NCBI GenBank assembly: GCA_037445715.1
Contig: JBBIJZ010000002.1
Coordinates: 30,269 to 94,268 of the forward strand
Direction: 5' to 3'
Source: Verrucomicrobiales bacterium
GTDB lineage: Bacteria; Verrucomicrobiota; Verrucomicrobiia; Limisphaerales; J093
DNA: 64,000 nt
The position numbers and the translations under genes were made by a program. Shown here one piece after another: positions 1 through 10,372 of the stretch (positions are counted from its first letter, which is position 1; each line of letters opens with the position of its first letter). The notes under the pieces were generated by a model, which saw nothing but the letters and a program-made list of their open reading frames with translations, made no database searches and was not told the DNA's origin.

Positions 1-2
1 CG

Positions 3-944
3 GAGCGCAAAGGGCTGTTGCAGTTGCCGGCCACCGAGCCCAAGGACGCCAGCATCCCGGGTTTTGTCCCGGCGGACGCCGTGGCCTTCTGGCGCTGGCG
101 GCTGGATGGGCAGCGGTTTTGGGCCACCCTCGAGGCCATGTTCGAGGAAATTTCACCGGGCATGTTGGGCTTTTTCACCGGCCAACTGGACGCGGCCCTG
201 AAAGAGAAAGACCCCAACCTGAACTTCCGTCGCAGCTTCCTCATGAACCTGGGCGACGACTTCATCAGCTACCAGAAAGCGCCCCGCAGCACCGCTCCGG
301 CGGACCTGCTGGCCCAACCGTCGCTGACGCTGATCGGTTCCCCCAACCCGGGCCAACTGCTGGGCGCGTTGCGCTCGGCCGTCAGCCTCCTGCCCGGGCC
401 CCTGGCCTCGATGGAAATCAAGGACCGCGAATTTCTGGGGCAGCGGATTTACTCGCTGACGATTCCGGACATGACGGGCGGGGGGAAACCGACGGCGTTG
501 CATTTCGTGGCCAGCGGCGGGTACCTGGCCATCTCGGCCGACACGGCCATCCTCGAAGAATACCTGCGCCGGGCCGAGAGCCGGCCCAAACCGCTGGCCG
601 AGTTCCCCGGCCTGCGCGAGGCCGCGGAGAAGGTGGGTGGCACTGGCACGGGGCTGTTCGGCTTCCAAAACGATGCCGAATCCCTGCGGGTGTTTTGGGA
701 GGCCCTGCGGTCCAACAAAAACCTGTTCCTGGACCTGGTCGCCGCCCAAAACCCGCTCCTCAAGGAGACCATGTCCGAGCACGGCGATTTCCAAAAGACG
801 CTCTCGGAATGGCTGGACTTTTCGCTGCTGCCGCCGTTCGAGCGCGTGGCCCGGTATTTCCACTTCACCGTCTTCGCCGGGCAGGCCTCGAACGCCGGGT
901 ACCTGCTGAAGTTTTTCAGCCCGATACCGCCGGGCCTGCGTTGA
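3..944 (+). CDS. hypothetical protein, C-terminal part (5' end outside window)
   Basis: Frame 3 is open from the first bases of the window; the listed ORF 18..944 starts at an internal TTG. TGA at 942-944 is followed by a hairpin/T-run terminator. The amino-acid composition looks like a real protein. No motif I recognise. Confidence 0.55.
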   Translation, partial: ERKGLLQLPATEPKDASIPGFVPADAVAFWRWRLDGQRFWATLEAMFEEISPGMLGFFTGQLDAALKEKDPNLNFRRSFLMNLGDDFISYQKAPRSTAPADLLAQPSLTLIGSPNPGQLLGALRSAVSLLPGPLASMEIKDREFLGQRIYSLTIPDMTGGGKPTALHFVASGGYLAISADTAILEEYLRRAESRPKPLAEFPGLREAAEKVGGTGTGLFGFQNDAESLRVFWEALRSNKNLFLDLVAAQNPLLKETMSEHGDFQKTLSEWLDFSLLPPFERVARYFHFTVFAGQASNAGYLLKFFSPIPPGLR

Positions 945-982
945 GGCGGGCGCGACAGTCCGGCCGGATTTGGCCGTGGCAT

Positions 983-1009
983 CCCGGGCGGAGGCCCGGG
1001 ACTTTTTTT
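983..1009 (+). terminator. Rho-independent terminator after the first CDS
   Basis: Perfect 7-bp stem cccgggc (983-989) / gcccggg (994-1000) with loop ggag, followed by a run of seven T at 1003-1009. Confidence 0.75.
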
Positions 1010-1061
1010 AAAGCGGCGGACCGGGAGGTGGAACCGGATACCGCCCCTCCAGGGCCGGAGC

Positions 1062-1101
1062 CTGTCACCGATTTGTAACTTCCGCGACGCCGGCTTGTCA
1101 C
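1062..1101 (+). promoter_or_regulatory. Pho-box-like direct repeats upstream of pstS
   Basis: CTGTCAC (1062-1068), cgat, TTGTAAC (1073-1079), with a third copy TTGTCAC at 1095-1101. The copies start 11 and 33 nt apart, so they are in 11-bp phase. This resembles the 7+4+7 PhoB-box layout CTGTCAT-N4-CTGTCAY. The site lies 150-190 nt upstream of the pstS ATG. Confidence 0.5.
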
Positions 1102-1252
1102 CCACCCCCGCGAGGTTCGGGGCATGGAAAACAACGTAGCCACCTCGTGGACCGGCCCGACCAGTGGGAACCCGACGATCCTCCGCCCCGCGCCGGGCCG
1201 CGCCGTGGGCCTCCCACCGGCCCCGGCCGCAAATCCGAAATCCCGGAAGACC

Positions 1253-2104
1253 ATGAAACCCCGTACCCTCCTGTTGCCCCTGCTCCTGTTCACCGCCGCG
1301 GCGAGTGCCGCCCTGCACGCGGCCACCATCACGGTCAAAGGCTCGGACACCATGGTCATCCTCGCCCAGAAATGGGCCGAGGTGTACATGAGCACGCACC
1401 CGGACGTGAAAATCCAGGTCACCGGCGGCGGCACCGGCACGGGCTTTGCCGCCCTGCAAAACCAGCAGACCGACCTGTGCAACGCCTCGCGCAAAATCCG
1501 GCCCAAGGAAATCGAGACCTGCATCAAGGCCTTCGGCCGCCGGCCCACCGAGTACCGCGTGGCCCTGGACGGGCTGTCGGTGTACGTCCACGCCGACAAT
1601 CCGATCGAGGAACTTTCGATCGAGCAGCTCGAGGCCATCTTCACCGGCAAGATTCGCAACTGGAAGGAAGTGGGCGGCCCGGACGCGCCGATCATCCTGT
1701 ACAGCCGCGAAAACAACTCCGGCACCTACGAGTTCTTCAAGGAACACGTCCTTCAGGGCAGGGACTTCGCCGCGCACGCGCAAACCATGCCGGGCACGGC
1801 TGCCGTGCTCCAGGCCGTGTCCCGCGCGCGCCACGGCATCGGCTACGGCGGCGCCGCCTACGGCGTGGGTGCCAAGCATCTGCGCATCCGCAAGACGGCC
1901 GCCGATCCGGCCATCGAGCCGACCGAGGAAAACGTCGTGAACGGCACCTATCCCATCTCCCGCTACCTGTACATCTACGTGAACCCGGCGCTCGACAAGG
2001 GCCCCGTGGCCGATTACCTGAAGTGGATTCGCAGCGACGCCGGCCAGGCGGTGGTCACGGAAGTGGGTTACTACCCCCTGCCGCGCGGGCAGCGCAGTCG
2101 TTGA
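1253..2104 (+). CDS. pstS: phosphate ABC transporter substrate-binding protein PstS
   Basis: ORF 1124..2104 trimmed to ATG 1253, where a signal peptide starts (MKPRTLLLPLLLFTAAASAALHA). PstS-type motifs: TITVKGSDTM, VTGGGTGTGFAAL, NASRKIRPKE. First gene of a pstSCAB-phoU series. Confidence 0.9.
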   Translation: MKPRTLLLPLLLFTAAASAALHAATITVKGSDTMVILAQKWAEVYMSTHPDVKIQVTGGGTGTGFAALQNQQTDLCNASRKIRPKEIETCIKAFGRRPTEYRVALDGLSVYVHADNPIEELSIEQLEAIFTGKIRNWKEVGGPDAPIILYSRENNSGTYEFFKEHVLQGRDFAAHAQTMPGTAAVLQAVSRARHGIGYGGAAYGVGAKHLRIRKTAADPAIEPTEENVVNGTYPISRYLYIYVNPALDKGPVADYLKWIRSDAGQAVVTEVGYYPLPRGQRSR

Positions 2105-2275
2105 TTTGGGTTGCACATGTTCAAAGCTCGGCGTCTATTTCAACCGATCTGCAGTTCCTCCTGCGATCATCCGGACGGGCGGGCGGCCGCTGGCTGCGAC
2201 AACGGTTGCCCCGCCCGTTCCCTTTGCGGAGACCTGATCCGCGGTCACCTTACGGCGCTTTAACCGCACGCGGCC

Positions 2276-3463
2276 ATGCCCAAGACACCTCCCGGCGCCC
2301 GGCGCAGTGCCGGTTGGATGGGCCTGGCCCGGGGCCACCGGGCCAAACCCTCCGAGTGGCTGGTCGAACAGGGCATCTTCCTGCTGTCCTGCACGGCCAT
2401 CGTGATGATCTTCCTGATCTTCCTGTTCGTCGGCCGCGAAGCCTGGCCCATCCTCACCGGCCAAATGGACAGCTCGCTGGCCCGCGAGTTGCAGGACATC
2501 ATCCCGGTCGAGGACCTCGAGAAAACCCCGCCCGAGCGGCTGCGCCAGTACCTGGGGCTGACCCGGGAACAGTTCCAGAGCATGGACCGGGAGACGCTGC
2601 GCGACCTGATGCAACTGCGCCTCGAAAGTCGCGCGCAGATGCCGGACGACAAGGACGCCCTGCTCAACACCCTGCGCTGGCGTTACGTGCTGGGACCGCA
2701 CCAGTGGACCGGCTACGACCGGCCGGTGTACATCTGGCAGCCGGTCTCCGCGATTCACAAGTACAACATCGTCCCGCTGATCGTGGGGAGCCTCAAAGCC
2801 ACGCTCGTGGCACTGCTCCTGGCCGTGCCGCTGGGCGTGGCGGCGGCCCTCTATGTTTCGCAACTGGCCCCGCCGCGCCTGCGCGAATGGCTCAAGCCGG
2901 CCATCGAACTGCTCGCCGGGATTCCCTCGGTGGTGCTGGGGTTTTTCGCCCTGATCGTGCTGGCCTCGGTCCTGCAAGCCCTCTTCGGTTACCCCTCGCG
3001 CCTGAACGCCTTCCTGGCGGGCCTCGCCCTGGGCCTGGCGGTCATTCCGGTGGTGTTCTCCATCGCCGAAGACGCGCTGACCAGCGTGCCGCGCAGTTAT
3101 TCGGAAGCGGCCCTGGCGCTGGGCTCGACCCGCTGGCAGGCCGCCTGGCAGATCGTGCTGCCGGCGGCGCTGCCGGGGGTCTTTGCCGCCGGGGTGCTGG
3201 GCTTTGGTCGGGCCATCGGCGAGACGATGATCGTGCTCATGGCCAGCGGCAACGCCAGCATCCTGTCCTGGAACCTGTTTGACTCGGTCCGCACGCTCAC
3301 CGCCACCATCGCCGCCGAGCTGGCCGAGACGGTGGTGGGCGGCCACCATTACCGGATGCTCTTCATGCTGGGGGTGCTGCTCTTCGCCGTGACCTTCCTC
3401 TCGAACCTGGCCGGGGAGCTCTTCATCCACCGGCTCAAAGCCCGCCTGGAGGGACGCCGATGA
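2276..3463 (+). CDS. pstC: phosphate ABC transporter permease PstC
   Basis: 395-aa polytopic protein. Permease EAA-type loop SYSEAALALGSTRWQ, and GETMIVLMASGN. ATGA start/stop overlap with the next gene at 3460-3463. Confidence 0.9.
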   Translation: MPKTPPGARRSAGWMGLARGHRAKPSEWLVEQGIFLLSCTAIVMIFLIFLFVGREAWPILTGQMDSSLARELQDIIPVEDLEKTPPERLRQYLGLTREQFQSMDRETLRDLMQLRLESRAQMPDDKDALLNTLRWRYVLGPHQWTGYDRPVYIWQPVSAIHKYNIVPLIVGSLKATLVALLLAVPLGVAAALYVSQLAPPRLREWLKPAIELLAGIPSVVLGFFALIVLASVLQALFGYPSRLNAFLAGLALGLAVIPVVFSIAEDALTSVPRSYSEAALALGSTRWQAAWQIVLPAALPGVFAAGVLGFGRAIGETMIVLMASGNASILSWNLFDSVRTLTATIAAELAETVVGGHHYRMLFMLGVLLFAVTFLSNLAGELFIHRLKARLEGRR

Positions 3464-4422
3464 ACCGTCCGCCCCAACCGATCGCCCGCGGTCCGTTCGG
3501 CGTGGGCCGTTTCGAGCCGGTGTCCTTTTTCTGCACCGGCCTGACCGGCGCGGCCACGTTCCTGATCCTGGCCCTCCTGGCGGTCATCCTGGGCAACCTC
3601 TTCTGGCACGGCGGGGCCGGTTTTTCCCCGCGGTTCATCTTCGGCAGCGCGGAGCGCGACATGTTCGACCCCGCCCGGGCCGGCGTGGGGCCCATGGTTT
3701 TTGGCACGGCGGCGCGGGTGATTTTGATGACCCTGTTCGTCCTGCCCGTCGGCGTGGCCACGGCGATTTACCTGACCGAGTACGCGCGGTCCGGGGCGCC
3801 GTTCACGCGCGTCATCCGCAGCGCGGTCAACAATCTGGCCGGCGTGCCCTCCATCGTGTTTGGCCTGTTCGGACTGGGCTTTTTCATCAGCGCGGTGGGC
3901 GGCAGCCTGGACGGCCTGTTGTCCCCGGACAACCCCAAGCCGGTGTGGGGCAAGCCGGCGCTGATCTGGGCCTCGCTGACCCTGGCGGTGATGACGTTGC
4001 CGGTGGTGATCGTGGCCACCGAGGAATCCCTGCGCGCCATTCCGCCGGGCCTGCGCGAGGCCAGTCTGGCCCTGGGCGCCACCAAGCTGCAGACCATCCT
4101 GCGCGTGGTCCTGCCCCAGGCCCTGCCCGGCATCCTCACCGGCGGCATCCTGGCGGTGAGCCGGGCGGCGGGCGAGGTGGCGCCCATTCTGTTCACCGGC
4201 GCGGCCTACTACATGGCCAGCCTCCCGCGCGCACTCACCGACCAGTTCATGGACCTGGCCTATCATGTGTTTGTGCTTTCGACCCAGGCGCCGGACATCG
4301 AAAAAAGCCGGCCCATCCTGTACGGCACCGTGGTGGTGCTGCTGCTGTTGACCTTCGCCCTGAACGTGGTGGCCATCCTCATCCGCACCCGGGTGCGCCG
4401 CCGCCTGCGGCAACTGGGCTGA
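3460..4422 (+). CDS. pstA: phosphate ABC transporter permease PstA
   Basis: 320-aa polytopic protein. Permease loop [15 protein letters not shown]. Translationally coupled to pstC. Confidence 0.9.
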   Translation: MNRPPQPIARGPFGVGRFEPVSFFCTGLTGAATFLILALLAVILGNLFWHGGAGFSPRFIFGSAERDMFDPARAGVGPMVFGTAARVILMTLFVLPVGVATAIYLTEYARSGAPFTRVIRSAVNNLAGVPSIVFGLFGLGFFISAVGGSLDGLLSPDNPKPVWGKPALIWASLTLAVMTLPVVIVATEESLRAIPPGLREASLALGATKLQTILRVVLPQALPGILTGGILAVSRAAGEVAPILFTGAAYYMASLPRALTDQFMDLAYHVFVLSTQAPDIEKSRPILYGTVVVLLLLTFALNVVAILIRTRVRRRLRQLG

Positions 4423-4441
4423 CCGTCCCGCCCCTTCTGTC

Positions 4442-5263
4442 ATGGCCGTCTCCTCCCCCAACCTGAAAGTCCGCGCCGAGGTCCCCGCCGGCGCCAGCGT
4501 GGCCGAGGCCCCGGAGCTGATCACCATCGAGCGGCTCTCGCTGTGGTACGGCACGGCGCCGGCGCTTCGGGACATCAGCTTCGGCATCCGCGAGCGCCTG
4601 GTGACCGCGTTCATCGGTCCCTCCGGCTGCGGCAAGTCCACCCTCCTGCGCTGCCTCAACCGCATGAACGACCTCATTGACGGGGTGCGCCTCACCGGGC
4701 AGGTCCGCATCGCCGGGCAGGACATCTACGCGCCGGCGGTGGACGTGATCGAGTTGCGGCGCCGCGTGGGCATGGTGTTCCAGCGCTCGAACCCGTTCCC
4801 GAAATCCATCTACGACAACATCGCCTACGCCCTGCGCCTCCAGGGCATCCGCCGCAAGGCCGAGCTGGACGAAATCGTCGAGAAAAGCCTCCGCGCCGCC
4901 GCACTCTGGGACGAGGTCAAGGACCGCCTGCACGCCAGTGCGCTGGGCCTTTCCGGCGGGCAACAGCAGCGCCTGTGCATCGCCCGCGCCATCGCCGTGC
5001 AACCGGACATCCTGCTCATGGACGAACCGGCCTCGGCCCTGGACCCCATCGCCACCGCCCGGATCGAGGACCTCATCCTCGACTTGAAACGCGACTTCAC
5101 CATCGTCATCGTCACCCACAACATGCAGCAGGCCGCGCGCATCTCGGACTACACCGCCTTTTTCTACCTGGGCGAACTCATCGAGTACGACACCACCACC
5201 CGCATCTTCACCAACCCGGCCCGCAAGCAGACCGAGGACTACGTCACCGGCCGTTTCGGTTGA
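4442..5263 (+). CDS. pstB: phosphate ABC transporter ATP-binding protein PstB
   Basis: Walker [10 protein letters not shown], PstB-typical [13 protein letters not shown] signature LSGGQQQRL, Walker [13 protein letters not shown]. Confidence 0.93.
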   Translation: MAVSSPNLKVRAEVPAGASVAEAPELITIERLSLWYGTAPALRDISFGIRERLVTAFIGPSGCGKSTLLRCLNRMNDLIDGVRLTGQVRIAGQDIYAPAVDVIELRRRVGMVFQRSNPFPKSIYDNIAYALRLQGIRRKAELDEIVEKSLRAAALWDEVKDRLHASALGLSGGQQQRLCIARAIAVQPDILLMDEPASALDPIATARIEDLILDLKRDFTIVIVTHNMQQAARISDYTAFFYLGELIEYDTTTRIFTNPARKQTEDYVTGRFG

Positions 5264-5301
5264 GCCGCCGGCCCCGCCCCTCACCCACCGCCCGCGCCGC
5301 C

Positions 5302-6003
5302 ATGTCCGTGCACTTCGACCAACACCTGGACGAACTCAAACAACGGCTCCTCACCATGGCCAGCAAGGCGGCCACCGCGGTGGACCGGGCGCTCCGGGCC
5401 CTGGTCGAGCGCGAGGACGACCTCGCCCGCCAGGTCATCGCCGCCGACACCGAGCTGGACGACCTGGAAGTGGCCATTGACGAACTGGGCATCCAGCTCC
5501 TGAGCCAGGCCCCCCTGGCCGGAGACCTGCGCCTGATCACCGTGGCCATGAAGTTCGGCCAAAACCTCGAACGCGTCGGCGACGAGGCCACCACCATCGC
5601 CCGCCGCGCCATCGAACTGGGTCAGGAACCCCAGCTCAAACCCTACGTGGACATCCCCCGAATGGCCCGGCTGGCCCTGGACATGTTGCACGAGGCCCTG
5701 GAGGCCTTCATCCGCCACGAACCGGCCCGCGCCCTGGCCGTCATCCCCCGCGACAAAGAGGTGGACGCGCTCAACAAACAACTCCACCGCGAGCTGGCCA
5801 GCTACATGATTGAACGGCCCGACACCATCACCCGCTGCCTGAACCTGATGGTCATCTCGAAAGCCCTCGAACGGGTGGCCGACCACGCCAAAAACCTGGC
5901 CGAAGAGGTGGTGTACCTCTACGAGGGCCGGGACGTGCGCCACAAACTCAAGCCGGCCCCTCCACCCGACCTCGCCGAACCCGCCCCGCCCTCCGGCACC
6001 TGA
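5302..6003 (+). CDS. phoU: phosphate signalling regulator PhoU
   Basis: The listed ORF 4975..6003 has a 5' extension overlapping pstB. Trimmed to ATG 5302 (MSVHFDQHLDELKQRLL). Two PhoU repeats with NLERVGDEATTIA and ALERVADHAKNLAEE. Confidence 0.9.
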   Translation: MSVHFDQHLDELKQRLLTMASKAATAVDRALRALVEREDDLARQVIAADTELDDLEVAIDELGIQLLSQAPLAGDLRLITVAMKFGQNLERVGDEATTIARRAIELGQEPQLKPYVDIPRMARLALDMLHEALEAFIRHEPARALAVIPRDKEVDALNKQLHRELASYMIERPDTITRCLNLMVISKALERVADHAKNLAEEVVYLYEGRDVRHKLKPAPPPDLAEPAPPSGT

Positions 6004-6066
6004 CCCGCGCCCCGCCGGGGATTTGCCTTTCGCCCCGGCCGGCCTACCCTTGGCGAGCGCGCCGGT

Positions 6067-6708
6067 ATGAAAACGCCCGCCACCTTTGGACTGCTGGTTG
6101 CCCTGGGACTCGCCGGACTATCCCGCCCCGGCGCCGCTGCCGAACCCGTGAACCCCGACACTGCCCATTCCACCGCCACGCCTCCTCCGGCCCAACTCGA
6201 ACGCGCCACGCTCGGCGGCGGCTGTTTCTGGTGCCTCGAGGCGGTCTTTGAACTGGTGCCGGGCGTCCACGCCGTCACCAGCGGTTACGCCGGCGGCCAC
6301 GTCGAGAATCCCACGTACAAACAGGTCTGCAGCGGGACCACCGGACACGCCGAAGTGGTGCAAATCGAGTTCGACCCGGCGCGGGTCAGCTACGAGCGCC
6401 TGCTCGAAATCTTCTGGCAATGCCACGACCCCACCACCCTCAACCGCCAGGGCAACGACCTTGGGCCCCAGTACCGCTCGATCATCCTTTACCACAACCC
6501 CGCCCAAAAGGCGGCCGCCGAAAAGTCCCGCGCCACCGCCGCCGCGCAGTTCACCCGGCCCATCGTCACGGAGATCAAGCCGCTGACGCGCTTCTACCCG
6601 GCCGAGGCGTACCACCAAGACTACTTCCGCCGCAACCCCGACCAGGCCTACTGCCAGGCGGTCATCGCTCCCAAGGTGCGGAAGTTCAAAAAAGAACTCG
6701 CCCCGTAG
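6067..6708 (+). CDS. msrA: peptide-methionine (S)-S-oxide reductase MsrA, with N-terminal signal-like segment
   Basis: Active-site GGGCFWC, then GYAGG, HAEVVQIEFDP, YHQDYF. Confidence 0.9.
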   Translation: MKTPATFGLLVALGLAGLSRPGAAAEPVNPDTAHSTATPPPAQLERATLGGGCFWCLEAVFELVPGVHAVTSGYAGGHVENPTYKQVCSGTTGHAEVVQIEFDPARVSYERLLEIFWQCHDPTTLNRQGNDLGPQYRSIILYHNPAQKAAAEKSRATAAAQFTRPIVTEIKPLTRFYPAEAYHQDYFRRNPDQAYCQAVIAPKVRKFKKELAP

Positions 6709-6773
6709 CAGGCGACGACCGGCCGGCGCCCCTCACCCGAATCGCCCCCGCGGCGCGGGCTGGAAGCGCGACC

Positions 6774-8225
6774 TCAGGGAGCCTGCGGCGCCATGGGCAG
6801 GACCGCGTCCACCCGCCGCAATCCCAGCCCGCACGTGCCGAAATCCCGCCGCGGCGGTCGCTGACCGGACGTCGAAAAGATTGTGTCAAACGGCCGCGCG
6901 GGCGCGCGGTCGAACACGTAGCCGCATCCCTCCGCCAACACCAACCTCAGGGCATACGCGTGCACCGGCACCAACGCCTGCAACCGCACGCGGTACCCCC
7001 GTTCCGGCGCTTCCAACGCCGCCAGCGGCACTTCCCAGTACACCTCCACCGTGCCCGGCGGCGGCAACGGCCGCGGCCACCGCAACTCATACGTCCCCGC
7101 GCCCACCAGCCGGGGCTCGAACACTTCCCCGGCCAGCGTCACGCCCTGCAGCGTGGCCTCGGGATACGCCAGCGCCAGCACCCATGCCTCCGCGCGCGGC
7201 GGCCAGCGCTCGAACTCGATGCGCGAGCGCACCGAAATCACCGCGTTGGTGCCCAGGACCCATTCGTCCCGCTGCCGCACCTCCGGTCCGCCCGCCGCCG
7301 CCTCCCGGGCCGCCCGACTGGCCTTCCACTCCCCCACGGTCACCCAGCCCACCAGGACCGCCATCGCCGCGACGCCGATTCCCCACACCACCGCCGGCCC
7401 CGCCCCGCCCGGGGCACCGGGCGGCGGGTTGTTCGGGCCGAACAACGCCCAGCGCAGGTGCGCGCGCCAGTTCCAGCGGTGCGCCTCGGGCGGCGTCGGC
7501 CAGGACCACAGCAGCACCCCCACCGGCACCGCCAGCGCCAACCCGGTCACCGGGTGGAACAGCGTCGGGACGCGGGCCGCCAGCGACCAGAGCGCCGGTC
7601 CGGCCAGATTGGCCGCGGCATGAAAGAGCACGCACGCCCAGTAATTGCCGCATTTGAGGTACACCACGCCGTTGAGGAACCCCAGCAGGAACGTCTCGGG
7701 AAACCGCACGAAGCTGCCGTGGATCAGGCCGAACAACACCGCCGTGGCCGACACCGCCGCCGCGGGCCGCCAAAACGCGGCCAGCGTTCGCTGCATCACC
7801 GGCCGGAACATCAGCTCCTCGGCCAGCGGCGCCGGCAGGGCCAGGGCCAAAATCAACGGCCAGTCCGGCGCACGATTCGCCAACGGCAGGTCCAAACCCC
7901 GGCGCACCGCCACGCCCGTCACCACCGCCAGGCCGGCCGCCAATACCCCCAACAGCCCCGCCCGCACGGCGTCCACGCCCCGCGGCACCCGGAAATCCGG
8001 GCCCGGGCCCGGGCGGCGGCGACGGCTCAGCCAGAGCACCCCCCCGGCCGGCGCGGCAAAGAAAAGCAGTTCCGAGAGCACAAACCCGGGCGCGAACCGC
8101 CACACTTGCAGCAGCGCGCCCACGGTCCAACCGCCCAGCACGCAAAACGCAAAGGCCCCCACCACCCACACCGCCGGAAGGGCGGGCGGGCCCGGTGCGG
8201 GCGCCTTTTGGCCGGAATCGTGCAC
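6774..8225 (-). CDS. CPBP (CAAX-type) intramembrane protease family protein with C-terminal extension
   Basis: Multi-pass membrane protein. CPBP motifs EELMFR, FGLIHG and HAAANL appear in the expected order. A roughly 230-aa C-terminal soluble region is of unknown function. Convergent with msrA. Confidence 0.75.
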   Translation of the reverse strand: MHDSGQKAPAPGPPALPAVWVVGAFAFCVLGGWTVGALLQVWRFAPGFVLSELLFFAAPAGGVLWLSRRRRPGPGPDFRVPRGVDAVRAGLLGVLAAGLAVVTGVAVRRGLDLPLANRAPDWPLILALALPAPLAEELMFRPVMQRTLAAFWRPAAAVSATAVLFGLIHGSFVRFPETFLLGFLNGVVYLKCGNYWACVLFHAAANLAGPALWSLAARVPTLFHPVTGLALAVPVGVLLWSWPTPPEAHRWNWRAHLRWALFGPNNPPPGAPGGAGPAVVWGIGVAAMAVLVGWVTVGEWKASRAAREAAAGGPEVRQRDEWVLGTNAVISVRSRIEFERWPPRAEAWVLALAYPEATLQGVTLAGEVFEPRLVGAGTYELRWPRPLPPPGTVEVYWEVPLAALEAPERGYRVRLQALVPVHAYALRLVLAEGCGYVFDRAPARPFDTIFSTSGQRPPRRDFGTCGLGLRRVDAVLPMAPQAP

Positions 8226-8474
8226 GGCGGCGCAACTTTCAGCGCCGCCCGGCCCCTCGCAAGCACGGAGCCGGCCGCTTGCGGCCGGAGTCGCGGCCCT
8301 TCGTTATCGCGGCTGCGGGCGGTCTCGCGCCCGGCGTCCCGGGCAAACGCGCCCGCGGCTGCTTGACTTGGCGGGTGGTAACCCGACGCTTGGGCGCGGC
8401 ACGGCGGGTACCCCACCGGTCTGCGGCTTGGCGCGGGTTGAACTTCCCGTCCGTTCCCGGCGTCTTGCCCGAGC

Positions 8475-9938
8475 ATGAATTGCGGAATCACGGCTCCCCA
8501 ACCCCGCCTCTCCGACGCCCGGCCGCGCGCGTGCGCGTCCGGGTGGCGCAGCGCCCTGGCGGTGTTGCTCGCCGTCGGCTGTGTCGGCTGCCGGACCTAC
8601 ACCACGCAAAGCCGGGAAATGACCTCGGCGTGGGCGGCGGGCGATGCCCCGGCCGCGGCGCGCACCTTTGCGCGCGAAGCCGAGCGCAAGACCAGCTCGA
8701 AGGATGCGGTGATCTGGCATCTGGAGGCGGGTGCCGCCACGCGCGCGGCGGGGGATTTCGTCGCCAGCAACCGCCACTTCGACACCGCCGCCGCCCGCAT
8801 CGAGGCTTACGAAAACCGGCCCAAAGTGCGCCTGGGCAACGAGGCCGGCGCCCTTTTTTCCAACCAGCAAAACCTGCCCTACGAGGGCCGCGCCTACGAC
8901 AAAATCCTCCTCCACACCTACAAGGCGCTCAATTACCTCGCCCTGGGCGAGCCGGACCGGGCGCGGCCGGAATTGATCCGTGCCTACCAACGGCAACAGG
9001 ACGCCGTGGCCGAGAACCGCCGGCGTATCGAGGAGGCGCTCGAGGCCGAGCGCCAATCCGACCAGCGGGAAGTCATCGCCCGCACCCGGGCCGACCCGCA
9101 GTTCCAACAGGCGACCGCCAGCCTCACCCGTGGTCTGGAGGGTTTTCGCGCCTACGCCGACTACGTCAACCCCTTCACCGTGTACCTGGACGGCCTGTAC
9201 TTCCTGCACGCCGGCGCCGGCGGAGCGGACCTCGAACGCGCGCTCAAATCCCTGCGCCGCGTTGTGGAAGTGGCCGGCCCCAACCCGGCCGTGGCGGCGG
9301 ACCTGGCCCTGGCCGAGGCGCGGGCGGCCGGTCGCGCGAGCGCGAGCGGGCCGCTGACCTACGTCATTTTTGAGACCGGCCGCGCCGCCAGCCGCGAGCA
9401 GGTGCGCCTGGATATTCCCATTCTGGTGGTGGACGTCTCCTACATCGGCGCGGCGTTCCCGCAACTGGTCTTCCACGAGGAGGATTACGAACGTCACCTG
9501 ATCGTGGAGGCCGGCGGCACGCGCCAGAGCACGGTCCCGGTGGCCAGCGTGGACGCGATCATCGCCCAGGACTTCCGCAACGAACTGCCGGCCATCATCA
9601 CCAAGACCCTCATCGCCACGGCGGCCAAGGCCGCGGCCGGGTGGGCGGTCAGCGACGCCGCCCGCCGGCAGGACGAGGGATTGGGGTTGCTGGCGCGCCT
9701 GGTCACCGCCGCGGTGCAGGCGGCCGTGAACATCGCGGACACCCGCTCCTGGACCACGTTGCCCAAGGAATTTCAGGTCGCGCGGCTGACCCCGCCGGCC
9801 GACCGGACGTTGCGCCTGAGCACGCCGGGCCAGGTTGCCCGGCACGTGACGTTGATTGACGGTGAGGTGACCGTCGTCTATGTAAGGTCCATGCGGGCCG
9901 GAGGCCCGTTGTGGATCCATCAATTTCGCTTGCGATGA
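8475..9938 (+). CDS. lipoprotein, COG3014-like (TPR-like, function unknown)
   Basis: Lipobox LLAVGCVGC. The segment AYDKILLHTYKALNYLALGEPDRARPELIRAYQRQQDA matches what I recall of the COG3014 family that travels with YcfL/LpoB-like genes. Its stop overlaps the next ATG (ATGA at 9935-9938). Confidence 0.55.
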   Translation: MNCGITAPQPRLSDARPRACASGWRSALAVLLAVGCVGCRTYTTQSREMTSAWAAGDAPAAARTFAREAERKTSSKDAVIWHLEAGAATRAAGDFVASNRHFDTAAARIEAYENRPKVRLGNEAGALFSNQQNLPYEGRAYDKILLHTYKALNYLALGEPDRARPELIRAYQRQQDAVAENRRRIEEALEAERQSDQREVIARTRADPQFQQATASLTRGLEGFRAYADYVNPFTVYLDGLYFLHAGAGGADLERALKSLRRVVEVAGPNPAVAADLALAEARAAGRASASGPLTYVIFETGRAASREQVRLDIPILVVDVSYIGAAFPQLVFHEEDYERHLIVEAGGTRQSTVPVASVDAIIAQDFRNELPAIITKTLIATAAKAAAGWAVSDAARRQDEGLGLLARLVTAAVQAAVNIADTRSWTTLPKEFQVARLTPPADRTLRLSTPGQVARHVTLIDGEVTVVYVRSMRAGGPLWIHQFRLR

Positions 9939-10369
9939 ACCGAATACCGATGCTTGCCTGCTGCCTGCTGGGCGCCGCGTGGGGCCTGGGGTCCGGCTGC
10001 AGTTCCACCACCGTCAACACGGTTGAACCGGCCGTGCCCAGCGCGCACCGCGAGATGCTGGCGGACCAGCGGGTGCAAACCGACGCCTCGCTGGCCCGGG
10101 CCGTGCGCGTGCGCGGCGTCAACACCGCCACGGACGCGCAGGGCTTTCTGCGGGTGCAGGTCGAGATCGAAAACACCACCCGCAGCCGCAAGCAGATCAC
10201 CTACCGGGTGCAGTGGTTCGACGAGCAGGGGATGCTCATCTCCCTGCCCACGGCCACGGCCGTGCCGCGCGCGCTCGAAGGGCGCGAAGTGGCCTACATC
10301 ACCGCCACCGCCCCCACGCCAAGAGCCAAGGACTTCCGCATCCTGTTTCTCGAACCCGTGACCCAATAA
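9935..10369 (+). CDS. YcfL-like (DUF1425-type) lipoprotein
   Basis: Trimmed to ATG 9935 (MNRIPMLACCLLGAAWGLGSGCSS, with a lipobox). Core GFLRVQVEIENTTRSRKQITYRVQWFDEQG is typical of the YcfL family. Confidence 0.6.
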   Translation: MNRIPMLACCLLGAAWGLGSGCSSTTVNTVEPAVPSAHREMLADQRVQTDASLARAVRVRGVNTATDAQGFLRVQVEIENTTRSRKQITYRVQWFDEQGMLISLPTATAVPRALEGREVAYITATAPTPRAKDFRILFLEPVTQ

Positions 10370-10372
10370 GCC

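Noticed and set aside
8304-9923. 539-aa minus-strand ORF opposite the COG3014-like lipoprotein gene.
   Set aside because: It has an Arg/Gly/Pro-rich shadow composition. The plus-strand frame has a lipobox, TPR-like helices and translational coupling to the next gene.
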